A stretch of 63,769 nt of DNA, the filler included, from Reticulomyxa filosa (Eukaryota > Protista > Foraminifera): assembly GCA_000512085.1 (NCBI GenBank). It is 19 parts of 19 records of this genome, joined end to end, with 100 filler letters (N's around TTAATTAATTAA, not from the genome) between each part and the next. Parts side by side here need not be neighbours in the genome. Positions count along the whole stretch, not along the records: positions 26,045 to 27,891 come from ASPP01021268.1; positions 27,992 to 40,033 come from ASPP01003926.1; 17 more parts are not named here. The stretch is one strand, 5' to 3'. A program made the translations under genes and the position numbers. The stretch's first letter is position 1. Each line of letters starts with the position of its first letter. Below are positions 26,177 through 38,058 of this stretch, piece after piece. The notes under the pieces are model-generated. The model did no database searches. It saw only the letters and a program-made list of their open reading frames with translations, and was not told the DNA's origin.

Positions 26177-27865
26177 ATCACTGAATTGTTTGTACGACAT
26201 GGAAGAAGACGCCCGTGCGAAGTGCGCGGCATTAGTGTACCAGGCATTGAAGCAAGTATACACATTGAACATGACAGAAGCGGAATTCAATGCCACGGTG
26301 AAGGGGAAAATGAGTCGACCGAAACACAAACGAGGGGAAATAAGTATTCCGTGTTTCTTGTTGACAAAGCATTGTTCTGGCGATCCTCCTCCGGTTATTG
26401 CCTCAAAATTGGAGGAAGCTATTAACAAAATCATTGGCGACAATTCTGGAAATAGTTCTATATTCGCCGTCACTAATCCGATTGAAAGAGTTGTTCTTTT
26501 TTTTTTTTTTTAACCTAACAACGTCATCACTACTGAAAGAGTGAAGGAGAAGAAGATAAATAAATAAATAAATATATATTATATATATACATATATATAA
26601 ATAAGAAAGTCTGAACAATTTGAAAATTGCAATAGGTAGAAAAAGTAGATGGGTATCTGAATGTTCATCTGTTTACCAGTTTCCTAGGAGACGTAATCCC
26701 GAAAATCTTGAGTGAAACAAGCAGCTATTTAAATCGATTACCCAACACGAATGTGCGCGTGATGGTGGAATATTCCCAGCCCAACACGCACAAGGCGTTC
26801 CACGTCGGACACATGAGAAATGTCGCGTTGGGAGACTGTTTGGTGCGCTTGTATGAGCACCTTGGAAATGACGTGGTGGCGGTCAATTACTTTGGCGACG
26901 AAGGAGCACACATTGCTTCATGCTTGTGGCTGTTGAAACGCAAGATGGACGCCGGCTTGGACTTGGACGACGTTCGACAAGTTCCCGAAGAAGGACGCGG
27001 CGAATGGCTTGGGAACGTGTATACCGAATCGAAGCGATGGCTGGACTTGTCCACGTACACACATTTCCCATTCAAAGGAGTAGTTGCCGCCAAAGTGATG
27101 TCTGTCGACAAGCACCCCAGTGCCGACGCACCACCCAACTGGCATGTCGTGGTCGTCGATTATGGCGCCAGCAAACATGCCACGGTCGTATGTGGTGGCG
27201 AAGGATACAAAGTGGGGGACTTTGTCCCTTATGTGCCAATTGGTGGAACCTACAAGGATCAACCAGTAGAGCCTCGTGATATGAAGGGCGTATCTTCCAA
27301 TGGTGTCATTATGTCCGCCAATGAATTGGGAATTCGCTTGCCTTCAAAACCGCAAGAAGAGACAACACTGCCCGTCAAAACTGAGGAAAAACAGAAAGAA
27401 AAAGAACAAGAAAAGGAAAATGAGAAAGAAAAATCCAAGGAAAATGAAAAAGCAAACACTGGAAAAAAAAAGACAAAAAAGATAAAAAAGATAAAAACAA
27501 AGAAAAACAAGACAAAGCTCAGGCAGAAAAAAAGAAAGAACAACCAGATCGACGCATATTGATACTGAGCGAACATGCGGGTATCGACAAAAAGAAATTA
27601 TCGCCTGGCGTGTCACTCATCGAATTGGGAAGAAAGTCTCCTCAAGATTTGTTGGAATTTGGTGTCACTGACAAGGATTCCAGCGTCTCGGAAGTGTTCG
27701 AGAAATACACCAAAGAGAGCAGACAAGTGCTCACCTCTTTGGAACACAAAGACAAGGAATGGCATGCCTTGTGGTGGAAAACAAGACAGTGGTCATTGGA
27801 TGAGTTCCACCAAATTTACAAATGGCTGGGAGCAAGATTTGATTATGACTTTTGTGAATCCGAGG
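26177..27865 (+). CDS. RARS: Arginyl-tRNA synthetase (N-terminal half) with an inserted tRNA-binding OB-fold domain
   Basis: Add-1 domain (RGEISIPCFLLTK...PPVIASKL...IER|VEKVDGYLN, intron 26490-26635). VEYSQPNTHKAFHVGHMRNVALGD..VNYFGDEG is the class I HIGH region. LWWKTRQWSLDEFHQIYKWLGARFDYDFCESE follows. Frame break near the A9 run at 27463-27471. Confidence 0.93.
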
Positions 27866-27996
27866 TTTGTACATTCATTTTTTTTTTTTTTNNNNNNNNN
27901 NNNNNNNNNNNNNNNNNNNNNNNNNNNNNNNNNNNTTAATTAATTAANNNNNNNNNNNNNNNNNNNNNNNNNNNNNNNNNNNNNNNNNNNNCCCCC

Positions 27997-28034
<38 letters not shown>

Positions 28035-28035
28035 G

Positions 28036-30239
28036 GAAATTGCAAGCAGAACTTTTGCAAAACTCGTTCTGTGAACGAAGCCTGAAATTACGCGATACAT
28101 TTGGCGAATCGGCGAACGAGCACTTGTACGAGGTGTATATCCAACCGAACATGGACAAGATTGGGATTCGGTTCAAGATAATCGACGGGAGAGCGGTGAT
28201 AATCGAGTGCGAGCGTGCGTTTGGACGTGAGCATATAATTCCAGGCAGCTACATAATCGGACTGAACGAGAACAGCTTGCTGCCCTACTACATCAACGAC
28301 TGCGACTTTGTGATTGACAAATGGGACAGCGTGAAGCGGCAGTCGTTGGTGAGCGGTTACACGATCCAATTCGGGATCCACCCACGCGCCTACCAGCGGG
28401 GGTATCACACGCAGTTTCGCATTACGCTCGAATCACCCTGTGAAAACTTTGTTGCGCTCATGAAAGCGTCCAAGAAGCCACTGATCAAGTACGATGTATT
28501 GAAGCACTCGTTTCTGCAAACCCTGATTTGTCAAGAAGTTTTTGGTTTGCCATCCAACCAATTCCAATGTGAAATCTATGGCAGTGTTTTTTGTGGTGTT
28601 AATAATAATAATAATAATAATAATAATGGAATTACTGCCATTGATATTTTGACATTCATCCCCATATCGCCAGTTCACAAAATCATAGAGTACTATCAGC
28701 GATGGCTGGGCTTGTCGATCCCAAGCGAACTGGTGCATGTCATTCACAAATATGTGACGGCCGACTTGATGGTCGAACAGGTGCTGCGTAAAAAGCTGTC
28801 GCAATTGCAAAGTCGTGCCAAAGGCATTTGCGTGGACTTGAATCATCGCAGCGACGACAGCAAGTATCCTAGCTTGTTTTACAATTGGGCCGAGTTTCGA
28901 AACACCCTGAATGCCCCTGTACCAAGCGATGGGAATAATACTAATGGTACTACTACTAATGGTACTACTACTACTAATGGTACTACTACTACTAATGGTA
29001 CTACTAATGGTAATGCTAGTACCAATACTAGTGGTAGTGCCAGTGGTAGTGGTAATGGAGTAGATGAATCTAATGCTTCTTCTTCTTCTTCTTCGTCTTC
29101 TTCTTCTTCGGCTATCTCGTGTCTGAAAGAAACAAAAGGGGCTGTCCATATCGGCTGTGTTCGCTATTACCATAACATTCGCAATCGCTTCATCCATCGA
29201 GGCTTTGGGATGAACGACTACTTGAGGGGCATTGACATGCTCAGCAATTACTTGTATTGCGTCAAAGGCATCGACAACAACCAAAGCGCTTGGTACTACG
29301 TGTTCATCGACCCCGCTCGCAAGGACGCCTTCGAAAAGGCTCTGAACGACGATGAAATACACTTGGAAAACTATGGCTCCATTGTCTGCAGCGCGTATGG
29401 GGAAGACCCTTCGGAGGAAGTCACCAATCGCATGCGCTTTGAGTACATCCTCGACAACGATGCCAAGCTTTTCGATATCCCCAAAGACACCAACGCCAAA
29501 CACAAAATACACACACGCACGACTCCTACGCTCGCCATTGGCTCCGAAAAAAACGAAGAAAAGACACTCCAACCTAACAACGCCGAAAAAAAAACGGACG
29601 TGTTTGGACATGAACGTATACGTCAGTCACGTGCAAATGATACTGCTCATTCAAACGCAAATGCAAATGCAAATGCGAATGCAAATGTAAGTGCAACTGT
29701 AAATGCAAGTAATGAAAATGGACAGGAAAATGAGGATGACAATGCTGACGCTGATGAAGAAGATGATGACGATGACGATGATGACAATGACAATGACAAT
29801 GTTCTACACAATTTTCGAGTCGAAACAGAAGACGAAGAGAAAGCCATTGATATTTTGAGTATTATGTTTCCACATGTCCAAAAAGATACAATCGCTTCAC
29901 TCCTGTCGCAAGAAAAAGGGGACATTGAATCGCTCATTGACAAACTTAACGCTTTTCATGTGGAAGAACTTCAGTTTTTGTGACCTCTTTTTTTTTTAAA
30001 TACAAAAAAAAAAAAAAAAAAAAGATGACAAATTTTTAATTTTTTTTTGTTTGGTTGCTTTTTGCAGAGATGACACCCATGAACCAAATGATCAATACAA
30101 CGAAAAAAATGATGAAAAATTGGCATATCTACAATGTCTGTTTGAAAATATCAGTCCTGATATCTTACAGATGAAGTTAGACCAAAACCATGGAAGTGTT
30201 GGAGAAACAGTCAATGAGTTGATGAGATGGAATTCTTGA
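28036..30239 (+). CDS. Multidomain protein with two C-terminal CUE-like ubiquitin-binding domains (5'-truncated; intron 29974-30067)
   Basis: 647-aa ORF. AIDILSIMFPHVQKDTIASLLSQEKGDIESLIDKL and KLAYLQCLFENISPDILQMKLDQNHGSVGETVNEL fit the CUE consensus (MFP...L...GD.E..I..L). Confidence 0.8.
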
Positions 30240-31131
30240 GCACTCCTTTGTCTTGGCTATTTTTGATTGCTTCAAAAAAAAAACAATTTTTAAAAAAATC
30301 CCCCAAATTGGAACAAAAAATCGTATGAGTTAGCCAGTTTGTGAAGATTCAAAAAATTGTGTTGTTTTGTTTTTTTAATTTTTCTGTTCCCTTTTTTTTT
30401 TTTTTTGAAGGTTGGATTGTTCAGTTTGAACTTGTATTTTCTTTTTTTCTTCTTTTTTTTTTGCTTGTGTAGTCACTCAAAATGTAAGTGTTCTCTACGT
30501 TTTACTGATCAATTGGAGCCACTCACTGTTTTTTTTCTCATCTCATTCAATAAATGTTTTCATGTCGTTTTGTTTCCTATTTTTTCTGTTGGGCAGGGTC
30601 CAGAGATCAACAACTACGCAATTATTTTTGGAATTCGGACAAGTTTTTGTTTTGTTAAGCAAACAAAAAAAGCTAGTAGTTTCCTTTCAAGTTTGGTTTG
30701 CTGTCGTTTGTTTGTTTATTTTGTAATACTCAGAATGAGCCAAAAATAAATAGATGTGTATGCAAAAAAACAACATCGATTTTTTTGTTTTTTTAACACT
30801 GGATTATTGAACAATGATTTTGCAACATTTTTTTTCAACACCGGAATGGCAAGTAGATGTTGAATATAGTGACTGATATTCGCTGAGCAATCATATCTCC
30901 AAAGCAGATTACTTCACTAGAAAAAAAGGTGAACATACTGAAACGCTTTCTTGGGTTATGTGCTGAAGCGAATTGTGTGTTGCATAAATACAAGTTTTTG
31001 CGATTAGTTGAAACAAAAGAAATAAATAAATAAGAAAATTAAATAGATGTATAAAGTTCGTGCTCATTATCTATGACTAACCACTTAATTTTTTTTATTG
31101 ACAAGGGAGCTTTTTTTTTAAGAAAAAAAGT

Positions 31132-31749
31132 TCAGGGTTTTTGATTAGTTGGCACCACCTGTCCCCGACGAATCATAAATTCAACGTCATTTACATTAAC
31201 ATACTGTCGCGTATTTTTCGTCAAATTGTACGATGATCCATTTGCTGAGGTTACTTCCCCAACGTTTTCGGCAACCCAAACTTCAGTTTTTAAATATTTT
31301 GGGGGTAATAAAGTACTAGTGATTTCAATGTCAGTGAGCTCAATGTAAGTTGCTAATAACTTGTTATACTCATTAAAATAAGATTGTTCCACATTATTTA
31401 GCTTACTTTTGTGCTCAGCGCTCAGGACACCTCCTTTATCCCATCGCAAATCCTCGATGCAGTCCAGCCGATAGCGGTGATATGCGTGTAAAATACGCTT
31501 GTTTCGCAGCAGCGCATGACGATAGGTCAAAAAAGCGCATGCAATTCCTGGATCTGTGATTCTGCCGTTTGCTGCTTGCATAGTTTCAGAAACGCACGTG
31601 TGCAACTCGTCCACTTCGTGCAGGACGGTGTTCACAGAGTCATTATCATAGCATGGCAACCAAGCATTTCGCTTTAGAGAGCGCAGCATTTCTGCTCCAA
31701 CACAGCCATATAACGGTTGTTGTTTGTTGAATTTCGTTGAGGAGGCCAT
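31132..31749 (-). CDS. GINS1: DNA replication GINS complex subunit Psf1, intronless
   Basis: LPCYDND.V..V..E...ALLRNKRILHAYHRYRLDCIEDLRW..G..L...LNNVEQSYFNEY..LL..Y...LPPKYLKTEVWV...GEV...DVEFMIRRG. Confidence 0.95.
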   Translation of the reverse strand: MASSTKFNKQQPLYGCVGAEMLRSLKRNAWLPCYDNDSVNTVLHEVDELHTCVSETMQAANGRITDPGIACAFLTYRHALLRNKRILHAYHRYRLDCIEDLRWDKGGVLSAEHKSKLNNVEQSYFNEYNKLLATYIELTDIEITSTLLPPKYLKTEVWVAENVGEVTSANGSSYNLTKNTRQYVNVNDVEFMIRRGQVVPTNQKP

Positions 31750-32083
31750 AGATGTTTTATTGAGCACAATTATTCTAATTGAGACCCTTTTTTCAGCGTT
31801 TTCGGCCCAAAAAATCAGACCGAAATGGGGACAAAATGATAAAGCATGGCCAACTAAAAAGCAATTTTTCAGTTCCTTCGATTAAATTTTAAAAAGCTGT
31901 TAGCGATAGCGACACAGTATCTTTTTTCTATTGTGTGCGGGCGACATGTTTCTGTTTAGCACATACAGCGTTGTTTTCCTCTCCCTAAAGTTCAGCACTT
32001 CCAGAGCAAAAAATCTCACTATTAATTGTATTTAGTAGCGTTTTTGAGCACTGCTACAAAGTTCGCAAGGCTTATCCAATAAA

Positions 32084-34539
32084 ATGGATACAATTAATGC
32101 CAACCTAGAACAGCCTCCAATTACAGCTCTTTCACTCCCCTTTAAAAAACTGGCCTCTTTACCTGTTCCACTTTCTTGTATCCAATGTATAGTCCACAAA
32201 AACGAAATAATAATTTGCGGAGGTTATGAAAATAACGACTGCTATTCGTACGATATTAGCAAAGATCAATACAAGCGTATCTGTTCTTATCCGAATGACG
32301 TTCGATTACGCGGGCACAGTGTGGTAAAGCGTGTGGACAACGAAAAATCAAGAGAAATCGTGTTGTTATCGTTTGGCGGATTACATAAGCATACATTAAT
32401 GATGAGATATAGAAGCGTTTGGGAGGATGAACAAGATGACATTGCAATACATTGCAATAAATGGTATCCTTTCACAAACAATGCAAATGAATCAATTTCA
32501 ATTGGAAGAGATGAAGATATTTACATTGGGATGCGTGCAGTGATTGGAGGAAGCAATAATCATTTGTTATTTATCTCTTATTATCCAAAAAATCTTGACG
32601 TATTTAATTTGATAACATTTCAATTTGTCAAACATGACACTCTGCCAACACATGATTCAATTGGATATCATTGTTTTGTATCAAAGGCAGCAAATGGATT
32701 ACAAACGATTACAACAAATAAAATTAAGAATGAAATGGTATTATTTTGTAATAACGTGGGATTATCCATTGAATATGATGAGGATAATTGCACATTTCAA
32801 TTTGAAAAATTACGTGTCTGCACAACCATTCGATCAATTGAGCGCTATGCCTATGTGCAAGTCAATAATGATGATATCTTATTTTTTGGTGGCTGGGATA
32901 GCTATTTAGGAATCGTTTCGAAAGGAGTATACAAATATTCAATACATGAGCGCAAATGGATGAAATTTGAATACAATTTACCTACTCCATTGAGCGATTG
33001 TGTTGTAATTTTGAGTGAGGATAATACATGTATGCATATTCTTGGAGGAAAAGGCAAAAAAAATGCATCCCTGTTGACGCATATAAAAACGAAGGTGAAG
33101 AACTGGATGAAAGAAGAAACAGAAAAAGAGAAACAATGGATCATAGAAGAAAGAAGAATAGAGGATGCTGAAAAGGAGATTGCAGAGTTGAAAACTGTGA
33201 AAAATGAGATTGAAAATATGAAACAAGATTTAAATTTGAAAAAGCTAAAAGTTATATATTATTTGTTTTTGTTTGTTTGAAAAAAAAAAATAATAATAAT
33301 AACTCAACAAAGCATTTTTATTACTAAAACAAAACAGAGGCAAAGAGAGATAAATAAGATAGTTGAATATTGGATCCGAGAATTGTATATTCAAATAGGA
33401 TGGATTGACGATTTCAATACAATAATTTCACGATATATTCTGGTACGCCTTTTTGTTTGTATATTTGTTTGGCCTTTTTATTCACAACATAACTATGTAA
33501 TATCGGCCTCATTTTAAAATAGATGAAGTACTTTAAACCATTGAAAGTACTTTATGGCCATTTTGACACTGTGAACAGTGCAAAATTCTCACCAAATGGT
33601 CGTAGAATTGTTTCATCTTCCAATGACTGGACCGTCCGAATTTGGGACATTGCATTGGAAACAGAAATTAAAATACTACGTGGTCATTCCAATAATGTTA
33701 ATGACGCGCAATTTTCACCCATTGATGATTTGGTGGTATCTTGTTCAAAAGATAAAACTCTTCGATTGTGGGATATAAAATCAGGACGAGATATCAAGAT
33801 ATTCAAAGGACATTCGCGTGCTGTGTTAAGAGCACAGTTTTCACCAAATGGACAAATGATTGCATCAGGTTCACAAGATAAAACTATTCGATTATGGAAT
33901 GTGAAATCTGGAGAAGTGCTAAAAATACTTGAAGGACATTTAAATTGGATAAATGATGTGCAATTTTCATTAGATGGCCAACAAATTATATCTTCTTCTG
34001 ATGACAACACTATTGTCATATGGGATGTGAAATCAGGTGAAAGATTACGAACTTTGAAAGGGAATTCAAGTAGCATAATGAAAGCGCGGCTTTCCCCAGA
34101 CAGTCTCTCAATTGCTTCCTTTTCAATTTCTAAAACAATTAATATATGGAATATAGCATCGGAAAAAACTGTGCAAATATTGGATGGACTTTTTGATATA
34201 GTTCGAAATATAGAGCTTTCAGAAGATGGACAAATTATCGTATCTTATTCAATTGACACAACCAATCGCTGGTGTGATGTGAAAGAAAGAATGAAGAAAG
34301 AGCAGGCAGGATGCTATTTAAATTGTGCCGGCGATTTTCAATATTTTCCAGATGGCCAAACTATTGTATCATCTTCATATGATGCGACCATTCTCTTGTG
34401 GGATGTGAAATTTGGGATGGAAATACAAAAACTGAGAGGTCATTGTAACAATGTCACAGGAATAGATCTTTCGCATGATTACAACACAATTGTATCATGT
34501 TCTATTGACAAAACAATCCGGCTTTGGGGAAGATTATGA
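32084..34539 (+). CDS. Kelch-like beta-propeller + coiled coil + WD40-repeat protein (exons 32084-33250, 33338-33441, 33523-34539)
   Basis: GG-containing kelch-like blades (IIICGG, LLSFGG, AVIGG, LFFGG, HILGG), phase-0 introns, and about 7-8 GH...WD repeats. Confidence 0.9.
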
Positions 34540-35646
34540 ATACAAAAAATATATATAAATGAATTGGAATTTTCTTTGTTTATTTTTGTGAAAATGTCAA
34601 AAAAAAAAGAAAAGCATTTTTTATTTTATTTTTTTTAGCGTTTATTATTTTTAGAAGTATAATTTAGTATATTATATTGTCAATGTTGTTAAATCTGTAA
34701 TCATAAATATCTCTATTTAATACTTTGCAAAAATTTTGCATAATTTTTTAGTCCGTCTCTTTTATGATCAATATTTTTGCTTTTGTTATGGAATAAAAAA
34801 AGTAATATTTAATTGTTATACATCTTTGATCATTAATTCAATATTTCATTGTAGGATTATTGTAATCATTTACATACAATGAGTTGCAGAAACAACTGGC
34901 ATTGCTTTTTATGCCTTTTAAAAATTTAAAAAATATTATGGTTTTTTATTAAAACCAAATACATATCATTTTAAAGAAAATTTTGAACAATATTGATTAT
35001 TTATAAACTTACAAAATGTTTATAAGAGTTTTTTTGTTAGAAATTTTTATCTTTGGGAGTCTTAACCACCAAAAAGAAATCAACTACTGAAAATAATGTA
35101 TTTGGAATCAATGATCATGGAACGTCATAAAATATCTTAAAAAATTGCAATTATATTATAATTTTTTATTGTAAATTTGTTGTCTTTCTTGGTTAACATA
35201 CATAGAAATTGTGGAATATCTATCTTGTCCACATTTTTGGTCTTTTAAAGCATCTCTAATCCAATTGTACTGAGGGTACTTCAATGGTAAATTCTCTTCT
35301 AATGCTCTTCTCGTGCCCCCACCCCAAAATTTGGCACAGTAATTGTCTTTATGAAGACGAAGAGACTGCTCTAAATCATATAATCCACTTCCTTTGTTAG
35401 CTTGTAATAAATTATTTCGAATTTCAGTAGCACAAGATAATTGGGATATGTGAAGCTCCAAATGATTTTTGCATTGTTTAATTGTTACAAAGAATGTAAT
35501 ATATCGACTAATGGTTTTAAATGAAATAAATTTTGTTTTTCATTATTGAAGATAGTCATTCTTTCAGTCTCCTTTTAAGAGTAACTTAGATGTTAGAAAT
35601 GTTATGAAATCAATGGATGTGGCAATGATTATGCAATAGATTGTCT

Positions 35647-38058
35647 TCAATGGCTTAAGGATTTTATACATATGCCCAAAAAAAAAAAATTGCACGTTGA
35701 CAAAACAAAAACAAAAGTTCCCAGATACTCACTTTTTTTGGATTTTTTTGTATACAATACCATCTTCTCGAACAACTGGATTACTTCTGCACATGATATC
35801 GCAACGGTATTTCCATCAGATGAAATATCCATACCTAACATACTTCTATAATAATACGATTCAATATATTGTATAACCACTTTTAGTTTTACATCCCAGA
35901 ATTGTATACCATTTGACCCACAAGCTACAATTGTTTGGCTATCTGATAAAAATCTTACATCATTTGTTTCACCTCTTATCTCGTCACTTGTTTCAAATTT
36001 TGCAATCTCCAATCCTGTTTGTGCATTCCATATGCGGATTGTTTTATCACTTGAACATGAAACAATAAATTTACCATCTGAAGAAAATGATGCTTTCTTC
36101 ACAGTACTGGCATGCCCTTTCAATGTATATACTTTTCACCTATTTTTATATTCCATATTCCAATTGTAGTGTCAGCAGAGGATGATACAAGATATTGCCC
36201 ATCTGGTGAAAATTCCACATTGAGGATTGCATTAGTGTGTCTTTCAAGTTTTTTAAGCAATATTCCAGAATTAACATCCCAAATACGAATTATACCATCA
36301 CTTGAAGACGATACTATGAAAGTTCCTTCTGGTGAAAATTGAACACTTGTTAAACCATTAAAATGTCCTTTTAATATCATTAACTCATTTCCAGATTTCA
36401 AATTCCACAGTCGAATCGTATCATCTTGTCCACATGATACAACTAATTTACCATCTGGTGAAAATTGTGCATGTGTTACACTTCCAAAATGTCCTCTTAG
36501 TAATTGGATTTCTTTACTTGATTTTATATCCCATATTCGAATTGTTTGATCATTTGAAGAAGAAACAAGTTTGGTTCCGTCTACTGAAAATTTTGCACTG
36601 TTTACATTCTCTAAATGTCCAGTCAATCCATTTGATGGTTTGAAATATTCCCTCTATTTAATGATTTTTTTTTTTGGATGTATTATATGTTGCAAAACAT
36701 AAATGCTACATACCATAATATATAGTGTAACAATAATATTAAAATCATCAATCCATCCCTTTTTAATATTTGATAATCTAGCCCAATATTTAATGATAAT
36801 TATGATATTCTTTTGCTTCTATTTTTATAATAAATGAAAATCTTATTTTCATTTTTTTATTCTTATTCTTATTCTTATTACAAATATGATAACATATATT
36901 ATCAACTTTTGATTTATATTTTTGGAAGATATTCTCAATAGTATAAGGATTTGTGAGTCCATTCTTGTGTCTTTCAATCACTTTTATCTCTCTCATTTCA
37001 GCTTCTCTCAAAACCGATTGCTTCTCTTTCTCAGTCTCATTTTTCATCCATTCTTCTGCTTTTGTCCTCACATGTGTTTCATTTCCGCCTTTTCCTCCAA
37101 TAATATGCACAAATGTTTTGTCTTCATTCAATATAACAGCACAACCATCTAATCTAATGGGTAAAGTGTGTTCGAATTGCATCCATTTATTCTCAATGGT
37201 TGAATACTTGTAAATTTCACGATTTAATGCATTAAAAAAAATAAAAATATCATTTATATAAATACATCTACAGCCAAATATTATTGATGAACAGGTATGT
37301 ATTTTAAAATATCTCACTCGGTCGATGGTTTCATCATAATCAATTGCTAATCCCATATCATTAAAAAATAATATCAGTTCGGTCTTCTTTTTCTCGATTT
37401 TTATGACTGACAATTCTTTCTCATTCTCTCTTATCACAAAATTATGATAACATAAACCAATAGAAACAGGCATGCTAGTATGAGTAACACATTGAAACGT
37501 ATTCAAATTGAATATATCTATATTTTTTGGACTATATGTAATAAACAACAAATGTTTCTTACTTCCGCCAATCACTGCACGTGCTCCTTCGTAATTGGCA
37601 TTTTCTGCACCAATACTAATCTGTTTATTATTATTATCTTTGAAACGTAACCATTCATTCAAATATTTTGATTTTTCAATTTTACTTTTTTCTTCTTTTT
37701 TATCTTCACTATCGCTATCCCAAACACTCACATATTTCATTATCAATGCATGTTTGTATGCTCCACCAAAAGATAGCAATGTAATTTCATTTGGATTAGT
37801 ATTACTGTTTAGTTTCACCACACAATGTCCAATTAATATAATCCTACGTGGATACGAGCAAATATATTTATATTCGTTTTTGACTGTATGATAAGAGTAA
37901 CAATCTATTTTGTATTGTCCTCCGCAAATTAGAATTTCATGCTTATAAGCTATACATTGGCATTGATAAAGCGGGATTGGTAAAGGAAGTAAAGGTTCAA
38001 AGCGATTATCACTAGCTAGAATCATGCTTTGTTCTACTTTGGTGTCACTTGAATCCAT
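35647..38058 (-). pseudogene. Convergent paralog of the Kelch-like/WD40 gene with one frameshift at ~36130 (pseudogene or sequencing error)
   Basis: Same three-exon layout and motifs. GEKYIH* continues as LKGHASTV in the -1 frame, and adding one A gives GEKVYTLKGH. Confidence 0.8.

Noticed and set aside
28433-29611. 392-aa antisense ORF and similar long shadow ORFs (2102-3115, 22666-23454)
   Set aside because: These are antisense by-products of codon bias and repeats in the real genes, with no motifs of their own.
35156-35461. ORF between the Kelch/WD40 paralogs as an ADP-ribosyltransferase relic
   Set aside because: Only a vague resemblance, and the R-S-E motifs are not identifiable.
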